A stretch of DNA of 64,000 nucleotides from Sphingomonadales bacterium (GTDB taxonomy: Bacteria > Pseudomonadota > Alphaproteobacteria > Sphingomonadales > Sphingomonadaceae). The stretch lies in NCBI GenBank assembly GCA_027489695.1, contig JAIXZK010000144.1, forward strand, positions 553 through 64,552, in the 5' to 3' direction. Numbering within the stretch: position 1 is the stretch's first letter; every line of letters begins with the position of its first letter. The position numbers and the translations under genes were made by a program. Shown one piece after another: positions 55,558 through 64,000 of the stretch. Below the pieces are notes generated by a model. The model had not been told where the DNA came from. It did not search any database and saw only the letters and a program-made list of their open reading frames with translations.

Positions 55558-55932
55558 ATGACCGACCATCCTCAAAGCAGGGCTGAACTGCAAAACCAGC
55601 AACTGCGCCTGTCGATATGGGATGATGAAGGCGGCGCCGGACGATGCGGTCCGCAGGAAAGTACGGCACATCCTGTCGAAAACCGGCTTATCCCTGACCT
55701 CACAAATACCGAACTGGTGCAACTTCGCGTGCGTGTGATCGCCCTCGAAAATCTGGTGACAGCATTACTATCAGGCGCTCCGGCCAGCCAGCATGCGCTC
55801 GTCCGCGCCATGGCAACCCAGATTTCGCCCCGCGCTGGCATGACGCCGCATCCGCTGACCATCCAGGCCGCTTTGCATATGAACGAGATGGTTGATCGGG
55901 CAATTCACTACCAGTCGTCGGCGGCGGGATGA
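55558..55932 (+). CDS. Hypothetical protein (WDDEGG motif)
   Basis: ORF with an internal ATG, LRLSIWDDEGGAG. Confidence 0.35.
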   Translation: MTDHPQSRAELQNQQLRLSIWDDEGGAGRCGPQESTAHPVENRLIPDLTNTELVQLRVRVIALENLVTALLSGAPASQHALVRAMATQISPRAGMTPHPLTIQAALHMNEMVDRAIHYQSSAAG

Positions 55933-56120
55933 GAGCGCTCGCAACATGCTGCCAGCTCGACCGGACGAGCCCCAACTGACAATGTACGCCATCGTAACCT
56001 TTCGCCTGCTGTGCACGAATGGCGTCTTGCACGGTGCAAGCCGCTGTTGCGCTGACCTGCGGCGATGCGGCGGTTTGCGCAGACGTGGAAGGCCAGCGGA
56101 ATTCTGTTATTGAGGTGTCG

Positions 56121-56474
56121 ATGGTTCCGACCCGACTTGTTCGAACACTGCTGCTGCTGATCGCACTCGCGTTCGGTATCGGATCGACCACGTCGGCAAT
56201 CGCTTGTGCTGCAATGGCAGAGCCTCCTGCAATGGCCACGATGCCGGTCGATCATTGCGGGGCGGACGGCGGCGACAGTCGTCACGATGTCGGGAAAGCC
56301 GCTCCCTGTGCGCTTGCCTGCCCCACGGGGTGTCTGATGACCACGCCGATTGCTGTCGGTACAGACGAGCCTCAGTTCGGCACACCGTTCGACACCGCAC
56401 ACAATTCTCCCCGCCTCGCCGGCGTCGTGTTCGGTCCCGAGCCGCCACGACCGCGAGCGCCGGCCGCCACCTGA
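56121..56474 (+). CDS. Hypothetical secreted Cys/His protein
   Basis: Signal/TM segment, then DHCGADGGDSRHD..CALACPTGC. Confidence 0.42.
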   Translation: MVPTRLVRTLLLLIALAFGIGSTTSAIACAAMAEPPAMATMPVDHCGADGGDSRHDVGKAAPCALACPTGCLMTTPIAVGTDEPQFGTPFDTAHNSPRLAGVVFGPEPPRPRAPAAT

Positions 56475-56503
56475 ACATTCCAATCGATTTATCGGAGACG
56501 ATT

Positions 56504-56653
56504 ATGAAGAAGCTCATTTTGACCGTCGTAGCTTTCCTGGCCACCAGCACGGCTGCTTATGCAGCAGAGCCCGGGGCCGTCGCCAAGGCCGCCGCAGCAT
56601 GCTGCGACGCCGTCGCGGCTTGCTGTGCCGAAGCGATGGACTGCTGCGACTAA
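56504..56653 (+). CDS. 49-aa secreted peptide with (CC-x5)2-CC
   Basis: GGAGA RBS. Sequence: MKKLILTVVAFLATSTAAYA / AEPGAVAKAAAACCDAVAACCAEAMDCCD. A terminator follows. Confidence 0.5.
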   Translation: MKKLILTVVAFLATSTAAYAAEPGAVAKAAAACCDAVAACCAEAMDCCD

Positions 56654-56674
56654 GGCATCAGACCAAGTGAAGGG

Positions 56675-56706
56675 AGGCGCCGGACCGCAAGGTTCGGCGC
56701 CTTTTT
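56675..56706 (+). terminator. Rho-independent terminator
   Basis: AGGCGCCG...CGGCGCCT followed by TTTTT. Confidence 0.8.
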
Positions 56707-56816
56707 CATGTGAAAACACAATGCTGACGGATCGTCTTCCGGACGCCGGCATGAAACGCCTACGTTAAAACAAACTTCCCATTGTCGGATCTTTCCAGCG
56801 GCTACCGACCGAGACG

Positions 56817-57584
56817 TCACCGTCCGCGTTTTGCTGCAGTCCGGTGAGGCAAAACCATCACGAGCAAAACGATCATCGCGCCAAGCACAAGGGACGCGAG
56901 CGGCCGGCTGAGCGCCAGCCCGCCATGATCGAGCGGCTTGTCGAGGAAATCACCCACCGCCGCGCCCAATGGCCTCGTCAGGATGAAGGCGGCCCAGAAC
57001 AGCGCCACACGGCTGATGCTTGTCGCGTAATAGGCGGCTGCCAGGCCCGCCAGCAATGCCGCAAAAATGGCGGCAGCGCCGAGATAGCCAAGACCGCGCG
57101 TGTCCGCGAGCCAGTCACCGAGTGCGGTTCCCAGCGTCTGTGAGAGAGTGATGGTGATCCAGTAGAAGCGTTCGGCGCCCGGCTCGTGCACCGCTTCAAC
57201 CGAGATCGAGCCGAGCGCGCGATGCCAGGCGAACAGCGAGAGCAGTACCAGCGCCAGAAGCAGTGCCGAGCCGCCAGCATAGCCGATGCCGAGCGAGCGC
57301 GTGGCAAAATCAGCCATGGTTGTGCCGGCTGTGGTGGAGGCGATGATTGTCGCCCAGTAAAGCCAGGGCCGATAACGGGTGGAGGCGATCTGCCAGGTCG
57401 CCAGCAGTATAAGCGCCGCAAGAAAGATGGCGCTGCTGGCGAGATAGCCCAGATTGAGCGTCATGCTGAAGGTGTCGCCGGCGGTTTCGCCAAGCGTGGT
57501 CGCGAGGATCTTGATGACCCAGAAACCAATGGTAACTGCGGGCACCTTGCTGGCGGCGCTGTGGCTTGGGTGCATTGTGGTCAT
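56817..57584 (-). CDS. Membrane protein with a fourfold internal repeat (COG4705-like)
   Basis: ATG 57584. The repeats are TLGETAGDTF, TTAGTTMADFA, TLGTALGDWLA and PLGAAVGDFLD. The long N-terminal extension in the track is rejected. Confidence 0.6.
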   Translation of the reverse strand: MTTMHPSHSAASKVPAVTIGFWVIKILATTLGETAGDTFSMTLNLGYLASSAIFLAALILLATWQIASTRYRPWLYWATIIASTTAGTTMADFATRSLGIGYAGGSALLLALVLLSLFAWHRALGSISVEAVHEPGAERFYWITITLSQTLGTALGDWLADTRGLGYLGAAAIFAALLAGLAAAYYATSISRVALFWAAFILTRPLGAAVGDFLDKPLDHGGLALSRPLASLVLGAMIVLLVMVLPHRTAAKRGR

Positions 57585-57719
57585 GCGATGCCCTTTCGGC
57601 AGCGACGGTCTCAAGGCTGTGGGCGCATCCGGGGCATCGGCAAAGCCGAAACGCCCAACATTGGGATCTTGTATAGTGGCCCCAAGCTGACCCCAATGAG
57701 TGGCGGTTATGCGGGTGCC

Positions 57720-58715
57720 ATGAATGATCGGCTGATCCGTGCCTGCCTTATCGTTGCGACCCTTATCCTTGCGGGCTGCGGTGCGGAAAAACCTGCGCCG
57801 CCAAAGCCGCCGTCGCAGGCCGAAGCCGTCGTCCACGAAACCGATCTGCTGCGGCTGACACTGACACCCGAGGCACAAAAGCGGCTCGGCATTCGCACCG
57901 TTACCGTGGCCGACGGCACCTCGGCGCGAATCCGTGAGGTGGGCGCGGAACTGGTCGTGCCAGGTCTTGGTCCAGCGGGCGTACCAACCGGTTCCACCAG
58001 CAACATCGCCCAGATTGCTGCCGCGCAGACTGCAGCCGATGGCGAAGTTGCTCGAACCACAGCGCAACTGCGGCTTGCCACCATCGCCCGCGACCGGGCA
58101 GCGGCACTGGTGCGCGAGGAAGCGGGTAGCGTTCGGGCGCGCGATGAGGCCGAGGCGGCACTCGCAGCGGCACGCGCCGCAATGGACGTGGCTCGCGAGC
58201 AGCGGCGCCAGTTGGGGCCTGCGGTGGCATCCATGGCCGCTCAACCTCTCCTTTGGGTGCGCGTGCCGGTCTTCGGCTCGGACGTACGAGCCATCGACCG
58301 TGCTCGACCCGCAATGATCCGGCCCCTGGGCGACGCTGCGGCCACGCCTCAATCTGCCCGCCCGGTATCGGCCCCGCCTTCGGCTAACGCTGTCGCCGGT
58401 ACCGTCGATCTCTTCTATGCACTCGACAATCGCGCCCGCACCTGGCGCGTCGGCCAGCGTGTGGCCGTCGCGCTGCCGATGGGCGGCGCGATGCAAGGCC
58501 TGGCGGTTCCAACCGCAGCGATCGTTCGCGACATCAACGGCGGCGAGTGGGTTTACCGGAAGACCGCCCCTGACAGCTATCTACGTCAGCGGATCGAGGT
58601 CGCGAGCGTCAGCGGCGATACCGCCTTACTCGCGCGTGGGCTCGAACGCGGCGCCGAGATCGTCACCGATGGGGCCGCCGAACTGTTCGGCACCGAGTTC
58701 GGGACGCCGCATTGA
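57720..58715 (+). CDS. RND efflux periplasmic adaptor (lipoprotein)
   Basis: Lipobox LILAGC, a coiled-coil Ala-rich hairpin, and coupling to the RND pump. Confidence 0.72.
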   Translation: MNDRLIRACLIVATLILAGCGAEKPAPPKPPSQAEAVVHETDLLRLTLTPEAQKRLGIRTVTVADGTSARIREVGAELVVPGLGPAGVPTGSTSNIAQIAAAQTAADGEVARTTAQLRLATIARDRAAALVREEAGSVRARDEAEAALAAARAAMDVAREQRRQLGPAVASMAAQPLLWVRVPVFGSDVRAIDRARPAMIRPLGDAAATPQSARPVSAPPSANAVAGTVDLFYALDNRARTWRVGQRVAVALPMGGAMQGLAVPTAAIVRDINGGEWVYRKTAPDSYLRQRIEVASVSGDTALLARGLERGAEIVTDGAAELFGTEFGTPH

Positions 58716-61700
58716 TGCTGGCATGGTTGGTGCGGACGGCGCTTGCCCAGCGCGTATTGGTGCTTGCGATGGCGGTGCTGCTGGTCGTGCTGGGCCTGCG
58801 CGCGTCGGGTAATGTGCCGCTCGACGTGTTTCCCGAGTTCGCACCGCCGATCGTCGAAGTCCAGACCGAGGCGCCCGGCCTGTCGACCGAGGAGGTCGAA
58901 AGCCTGATCACCGTGCCGATCGAGGTGGCGGTAGGCGGCGTGCCCGATCTCACGACAGTGCGTTCCAAATCGGTGCTCGGGCTCTCGTCGGTCACAATCC
59001 TTTTCAAGCGCGGCACCGATGTCATCCGGGCGCGGCAGTTGGTGCAGGAGCGGGTGACGCAGCTGCAGGCGCGGTTGCCGACGGCGGCGCGCCCGCCGGT
59101 GATGCTGCCGCCGCTGTCGTCGACAAGCCGTGCGATGAAGATCGGCGTGTCGTCGCAGAAGCTCGACCAGATGCAGCTCTCCGAGCTGGCGCGCTGGACA
59201 ATCAGGCCGCGGCTGATGGCGGTGCCCGGCGTCGCCAATGTGGCGATCTGGGGACTGCGTGATCGGCAGTTGCAGGTGCTCGTCGACCCTGACCGGCTGC
59301 GCGCCGCCGGCGTGACGCTCGCCGAAGTGCGGGCCGCCGTGGGTGATGCGGTGCTGGTTGGCGGTGGCGGCTTCGTCGACACGCCGAACCAGCGCTTCGC
59401 CGTGCGGCAGGACAGTGCCATCCAGTCCGCCGCCGATCTGTCGCAAGCCATCGTCAAGCAAAGCGGCGAGGCGCCGATCCGCATTGCCGATGTCGCGCGC
59501 GTCGTCGACGGTTTTGCCGCCCCCATTGGAAATGCCATCATCGACGATGGCCCGGGCCTGATGCTGATTGTCGAAAAGCAGCCGACCGGCAATACGCTGC
59601 AACTCACCCGCGATGTCGAAAAGGCCATCGCCGAATTGAAGCCTGGTTTGAAGGATGTGAAGATCGACACCACGATCTTCCGCCCGGCGACGTTCATCGA
59701 ACGCTCGATCGATAATCTTTCACAGGCCCTCATGATCGGCTGCCTGCTGGTAGCGGTGGTCCTGTTCGTCTTCACCCGCGACTGGCGCCAGGCCGTCATC
59801 AGCCTCACAGCCATTCCCCTCTCATTGCTCGGTGCCGGGCTGGTGCTGCTGTGGAGCGGCATGACCATCAATACGATGGTCATCGCCGGGCTGGTGATTG
59901 CGCTCGGCGAAGTTGTCGATGATGCAATCATCGACGTCGAGAATATCGCCCGCCGGTTGCGGCTCAACCGCGAGGCCCGAAGTCCGCTGTCGGCATTCGA
60001 TGTCGTGCTGGCGGCATCGCTCGAAGTCCGCACCGCGGTGGTGTTCGCCTCGATGATCGTCATGCTGGTTTTCCTGCCGATCTTCTGGCTCGGCGGCGTC
60101 GCCGGCACCTTCTTTCAGCCGCTTGCCATCGCCTATGTGCTGGCGATTGCCGCCTCGCTGCTGGTGGCGCTGGTGGTCACCCCGGCGCTGTGCCTGATCA
60201 TGTTGCCGGGTGCGCCGCTGAAGGCGGAGGGCGATACCAGGCTCGTTGCCGGATTGAAGCGCCGCTACGCCAGCGTGCTGCCCAAGTTGGTGGCGCGGCC
60301 GGGCCTGGCCATGGCGATCATCGCCGGCGGGCTGCTCATCGCCGGGGTCGGCTACGCCTCTTTCAAGGACCAGTTCCTGCCCGATTTCCGGGAGACAGAT
60401 TTTCTGATGCACTTCGTCGAAAAGCCTGGCACCTCTATTGAAGCGATGGACCGCATCACCATCCGGGCGTCGAAGGAACTGCGCGCCATTCCCGGGGTAC
60501 GAAACTTCGGTGCCCACATCGGCCGCGCAGAGGCTGCCGACGAGGTTGTCGGTCCGAACTTCACCGAGTTATGGATCAGTCTCGACGAGAACGTCGATTA
60601 TGATGCCAGTGTCGCCCGCATCAAGGCGGTGATCGATGGCTATCCCGGTCTCTACCGTGACGTGCTGACCTACCTTCGCGAACGCATCAAGGAAGTACTG
60701 ACCGGGGCCGGAGCGACGGTCGTCGTGCGCATCTTCGGTCCCGATCAGGTCGAGTTGCGTGCAGCAGCCGATCGCGTGCGCGCCAAGGTTGCAGACATTC
60801 CCGGCGTTGCCGACCTCAAGGTCGAACAGCAAGTGCTTGTGCCGCAGATCGAGATCCACCCGCGCGCCGCCGATCTGGCCACCTTCGGGCTGACGGCGGG
60901 CGAGGTCCGGCGCCAAGCCCAGACGCTGGTGGCGGGGCAGAAGCTCGGCGAAATCTACCGCGACCAGAAGTCCTTCGATGTGGCGCTGTGGGGCGAGCCG
61001 GCAGTGCGCGGTGACATTCAGGCGCTGCGCGATCTGATGATCCTGTCGCCTGCCGGTGCGCCCGTTCGTCTACGCGATGTCGCCGATGTGCGGATCGTGC
61101 CGGCGCCGAACGAGGTTAAGCGCGAGAATGGCCAACGCCGTATCGATGTGACGCTGAATGTTGCCGGCGCCGATCTTGGCGGGGTGGCGCGTGCCGTTGA
61201 GGCGGCGGTCGCCGATGTGCCCTTCGCTGCCGGCTATCACCCCAAGGTGCTCGGCGAATATGCAGCGCTCAAGGAATCGCGCCAGCAACTCTGGACCACC
61301 GGCCTGCTGTGCCTGATCGGCATCCTGCTGCTGGTCTGGACGGTGTTCCGCTCGCTGGCGATCACTGCGCTGGTCGGCGTCAGTCTGCCCTTCGCGCTGG
61401 TCGGTGGCGTCATCGCCGTGGCGCTGACCGGCGGCGTGCTGTCATTGGGGTCGCTGGTCGGCTTTGTCACTGTTATCGGCATCTCGGCACGCAACGGCAT
61501 CATGCTGCTGTCGCACTATGACCATCTCCGCCGGGTCGAGGGCGAAGCGTTCGGCGACGCGCTGGTATTGCGCGGTGCCAGCGAACGCCTGGTGCCAATC
61601 CTGATGACGGCGCTGTGTGCGGGACTTGCCCTGCTGCCGCTGGTCATTGCCGGCAATGCGCCGGGGCACGAAATCGAACATCCGATGGCGATCGTCATCC

Positions 61701-61813
61701 TCGGCGGGCTAGTGTCGTCCACGCTGCTCAACCTGCTGCTGATGCCGGCGCTTTATCGCCGTTTCGGTGGTGCGGCAGCGGCAGCAGCAATGCCCGACGC
61801 GGTGCCTGCATGA
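58712..61813 (+). CDS. CusA/CzcA-family heavy-metal RND pump
   Basis: 1033 aa with 12-TM architecture, N-terminus [21 protein letters not shown]. Confidence 0.93.
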   Translation: MMLAWLVRTALAQRVLVLAMAVLLVVLGLRASGNVPLDVFPEFAPPIVEVQTEAPGLSTEEVESLITVPIEVAVGGVPDLTTVRSKSVLGLSSVTILFKRGTDVIRARQLVQERVTQLQARLPTAARPPVMLPPLSSTSRAMKIGVSSQKLDQMQLSELARWTIRPRLMAVPGVANVAIWGLRDRQLQVLVDPDRLRAAGVTLAEVRAAVGDAVLVGGGGFVDTPNQRFAVRQDSAIQSAADLSQAIVKQSGEAPIRIADVARVVDGFAAPIGNAIIDDGPGLMLIVEKQPTGNTLQLTRDVEKAIAELKPGLKDVKIDTTIFRPATFIERSIDNLSQALMIGCLLVAVVLFVFTRDWRQAVISLTAIPLSLLGAGLVLLWSGMTINTMVIAGLVIALGEVVDDAIIDVENIARRLRLNREARSPLSAFDVVLAASLEVRTAVVFASMIVMLVFLPIFWLGGVAGTFFQPLAIAYVLAIAASLLVALVVTPALCLIMLPGAPLKAEGDTRLVAGLKRRYASVLPKLVARPGLAMAIIAGGLLIAGVGYASFKDQFLPDFRETDFLMHFVEKPGTSIEAMDRITIRASKELRAIPGVRNFGAHIGRAEAADEVVGPNFTELWISLDENVDYDASVARIKAVIDGYPGLYRDVLTYLRERIKEVLTGAGATVVVRIFGPDQVELRAAADRVRAKVADIPGVADLKVEQQVLVPQIEIHPRAADLATFGLTAGEVRRQAQTLVAGQKLGEIYRDQKSFDVALWGEPAVRGDIQALRDLMILSPAGAPVRLRDVADVRIVPAPNEVKRENGQRRIDVTLNVAGADLGGVARAVEAAVADVPFAAGYHPKVLGEYAALKESRQQLWTTGLLCLIGILLLVWTVFRSLAITALVGVSLPFALVGGVIAVALTGGVLSLGSLVGFVTVIGISARNGIMLLSHYDHLRRVEGEAFGDALVLRGASERLVPILMTALCAGLALLPLVIAGNAPGHEIEHPMAIVILGGLVSSTLLNLLLMPALYRRFGGAAAAAAMPDAVPA

Positions 61814-63186
61814 GACGGGTCGCCATTCTTATCCCGCTGGCGCTCTCGGCCTGCATGACGCCGCCTGCGCCGCCGCCGACCTTGGCACCGGCAAGCGCGA
61901 CCGGCGCATTCGTCGGCGTCCCGTCCGCATCAATCGCGCCGGTGCCTGACGATTGGTGGCAGCTCTATGACGACCCTGTCCTCGACAAGCTCGTCACCGC
62001 TAGTCTCGCCGCCAACGCTGATCTGCGCGTCGCCTATGCCAACCTCGATGGCGCGCGCGCCGCGCTCGCCCAGGCGCGGGCCGCCCGCCTGCCGCAGACC
62101 AACGTCGAATCGAGCCTCGGCGTCGACAACCCCGCCAACCAGCCAAGCGCCTCGTCGCTGGTGCCGACCACCGACTATGACATCGCGCTGGCCGCAAGTT
62201 GGGACGTCGACCTCTTTGGCCGGCTGCGCTCGGCGGCTCTCGCTGCCGGCGCCGATGCCGATGCCCAGGCTGCCGCGCTGGACGGGCTGAGGGTGGCTGT
62301 CGTCGCCGACACGGTGCAGGCCTATGTCGATCTCTGCGGTGCCGAGGTGACAAAGCAGGTCGCGGCCGAGCAGGTGCGCCTGCTCGAACGATCGGCGGCG
62401 CTTGTGAACGAACAGTTCCGCGCCGGCGAGGTTTCGCCGCTGGAGGTCTCGCAGGCGGCAACACTCGTCGAAGCGTCGCGCGCAGCCCTCCCGCCGCTCG
62501 ACGCAGCGGCAGCAAATGCGCGCTATCGTCTGGCAACGCTGCAAGGCCGCCCACCGGCCGAAGCGCGCGCCATGGCGGTAACGTGCCATGGCCTGCCCGT
62601 GATGCGCGCCACGGCAGCTGTGGGCGATGGACAAGCCTTATTGCTTCGCCGCCCGGATATTCGCGAGGCTGAACGGCGTCTCGCTGCGGCCAGCGCGCGG
62701 ATCGGTGTTGCGCGCGCCGACCTCTATCCCCGGGTCAATCTGGGCGGTGCCATCGGCCTGCTCTCGGGGGGCTTCGTCGCCACCGCCTCGCCCTTCATCA
62801 GTTGGAGCTTCCCCAACCAGGCGCCGGCCCGTGCGAGACTGGCGCAAGCCCGGGCCACCGAACAGGCCGCCCTGGCGGGATGGGACGTGGCCGTGCTTCG
62901 GGCCCTGCGCGAGGTCGAGACTGCACTTGCCGCGTACGATGCCGAAAAGCGCCGCAACATCAGCCTCGGCGCCGCGCGTGAACAGGCCGCGCTTGCTGCG
63001 CGCCGCGCGGCGGCGCGAGTCAGACTGGGTGATGCCGCCTATCTGCTTGTGGTTGATGCCGAGCGCACGCGTGCCCAAGCTGCGCTGGCCGAGGCTCAGT
63101 CCGACCTTGCCGTCGCTCAGGCTGAAGTGACGTTGTTCCGTGCGCTGGGTGGTGGCTGGCGAAGCGATGCCACGCCGTTAGAATGA
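61810..63186 (+). CDS. Outer-membrane efflux lipoprotein (NodT/OMF family)
   Basis: Lipobox LALSAC, two OEP repeats, and ATGA overlap with the pump. Confidence 0.85.
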   Translation: MRRVAILIPLALSACMTPPAPPPTLAPASATGAFVGVPSASIAPVPDDWWQLYDDPVLDKLVTASLAANADLRVAYANLDGARAALAQARAARLPQTNVESSLGVDNPANQPSASSLVPTTDYDIALAASWDVDLFGRLRSAALAAGADADAQAAALDGLRVAVVADTVQAYVDLCGAEVTKQVAAEQVRLLERSAALVNEQFRAGEVSPLEVSQAATLVEASRAALPPLDAAAANARYRLATLQGRPPAEARAMAVTCHGLPVMRATAAVGDGQALLLRRPDIREAERRLAAASARIGVARADLYPRVNLGGAIGLLSGGFVATASPFISWSFPNQAPARARLAQARATEQAALAGWDVAVLRALREVETALAAYDAEKRRNISLGAAREQAALAARRAAARVRLGDAAYLLVVDAERTRAQAALAEAQSDLAVAQAEVTLFRALGGGWRSDATPLE

Positions 63187-63190
63187 CGCC

Positions 63191-63865
63191 ATGCGCATCC
63201 TGATCATCGAGGACGATACCGAAACACTCGGCTTCATCGCGCGCGGCCTGTCCGAGTTGGGTCATCAGACCGTCACCAGCGGCGATGGCCGCGACGGGCT
63301 GTTTCAAGCGACCGAGGGCGGCTTCGATGCGTTGATCGTCGACAGGATGCTGCCTGGTCTCGACGGCCTGGCGCTGGTGCGGGCGCTGCGCGCTGCTGGC
63401 GACACAACACCGGCCCTTATGCTCACCGCCATCGGCGGTATCGCCGACCGGGTAGAAGGACTGGAGGGCGGTGCCGACGACTACCTCGTCAAGCCGTTCG
63501 CCTTTTCCGAACTGGCGGCGCGCGTGCAGGTGTTGGGGCGCAGGCAAGCGGCGCCGGCGGAGCCGTCGCGCCTCGGCGCCGGCGACATCGTTATCGATCT
63601 GCACCGCCGCAGCGTCACCCGCGCCGGCCAACGCGTGATCCTCCAACCGCGCGAGTTCGCCCTGCTCGCCGAACTGGTCCGCAACGCCGGGCGGGTGATG
63701 ACCCGAACCATGCTGCTCGAACGTGTCTGGGACTTCGATTTCGACCCCAGGACCAATATCGTCGAAACCCATCTCAGCCGGCTGCGGTCCAAGCTCAACG
63801 CCGGCTTCGATGTCGATGCCATCGAGACGGTCAGGGGTGCGGGCTACATGATCCGCAGCAGTTGA
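63191..63865 (+). CDS. OmpR-family response regulator (heavy-metal type)
   Basis: MRILIIEDD...LIVDRMLPGLDG...ETVRGAGYMI. Confidence 0.9.
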   Translation: MRILIIEDDTETLGFIARGLSELGHQTVTSGDGRDGLFQATEGGFDALIVDRMLPGLDGLALVRALRAAGDTTPALMLTAIGGIADRVEGLEGGADDYLVKPFAFSELAARVQVLGRRQAAPAEPSRLGAGDIVIDLHRRSVTRAGQRVILQPREFALLAELVRNAGRVMTRTMLLERVWDFDFDPRTNIVETHLSRLRSKLNAGFDVDAIETVRGAGYMIRSS

Positions 63866-64000
63866 TGCGCGGATTTTCGCTCAGGCGCTGGTCGCGGACG
63901 ACGTTCGGGCTGGTCACCATCGTCGGCCTCGTGCTTGCCCTGACGACGCTGGCCATCGGCATTATTGCCTTCGAAGCGACGCACGAAGCGCTGGAACAGC
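63865..64000 (+). CDS. Sensor histidine kinase, N-terminal fragment (runs off the window)
   Basis: ATG overlaps the regulator's TGA, and a TM segment follows. Confidence 0.6.
   Translation, partial: MRGFSLRRWSRTTFGLVTIVGLVLALTTLAIGIIAFEATHEALEQ

Noticed and set aside
57585-58496. N-terminal 304 codons of ORF 56817..58496
   Set aside because: The extension overlaps the RND adaptor gene in antisense and is Arg/Gly-rich. The hydrophobic repeat protein starts cleanly at ATG 57584.
58663-60108. 481-aa minus-strand ORF
   Set aside because: It is antisense to the CusA/CzcA pump gene and Ser/Thr/Arg-rich with no motifs.
1-64000. Integrative conjugative element (ICE) interpretation
   Set aside because: The window has no tyrosine integrase, att repeat or tRNA target. 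It does have repA plus iterons, parAB and the origin-centred word polarity, which favour an autonomous plasmid or chromid. Integration cannot be excluded without flanking sequence.

Overview
High-GC, almost fully coding segment that reads as a conjugative plasmid or megaplasmid of an alphaproteobacterium. The sphingomonad-like origin is an inference from gene content, not a search result.

Layout from left to right:
1. A serine recombinase with a res-like palindrome, followed by a visibly more AT-rich defence island. The island holds:
   - a type III-like R-M operon with an extra upstream wHTH/PD-(D/E)xK gene;
   - DarT-DarG;
   - a translationally coupled 4-gene ubiquitin-like operon (Ubl, Cys-less E2-like, JAB-E1 fusion, DUF6527-like Zn-ribbon);
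   - a divergent XRE + ImmA/IrrE regulator pair (CapH/CapP-like) with twin palindromic operators.
2. Plasmid backbone: HNH, ArdC, ParB-nuclease-like, DUF2493, then parA-parB-repA (RPA type) with three copies of a 16-bp palindrome and an iteron oriV at about 22.2 kb.
3. Conjugation genes: TraF peptidase, cell-wall hydrolase, DUF736, ParDE, TraD-oriT-MobQ relaxase, TraG, TrbB. These are followed by an unlisted antisense RHH gene, TrbCDEJ(K)LFGI, DUF2274, a wHTH protein, a primase, an M48-like peptidase and SRAP.
4. A dif-like XerC/D site at 44.07 kb, then a copper/heavy-metal island:
   - DUF411, PepSY, copB, copA (multicopper oxidase);
   - an ECF sigma module, copCD, DUF305;
   - cueR plus a P1B ATPase;
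   - small secreted Cys/His proteins, including a 49-aa (CC-x5)2-CC peptide;
   - an RND BAC efflux system and a two-component system.

At large scale, the octamer GGGCAGGG (which fits the E. coli KOPS consensus GGGNAGGG) is strongly strand-polarised. It flips strand at the iteron origin and stops at the dif-like site.

The best candidate for a poorly described system is the regulated Ubl / E2-like / JAB-E1 / DUF6527 operon.

All calls come from reading translations and motifs by eye. No searches or statistics were run.
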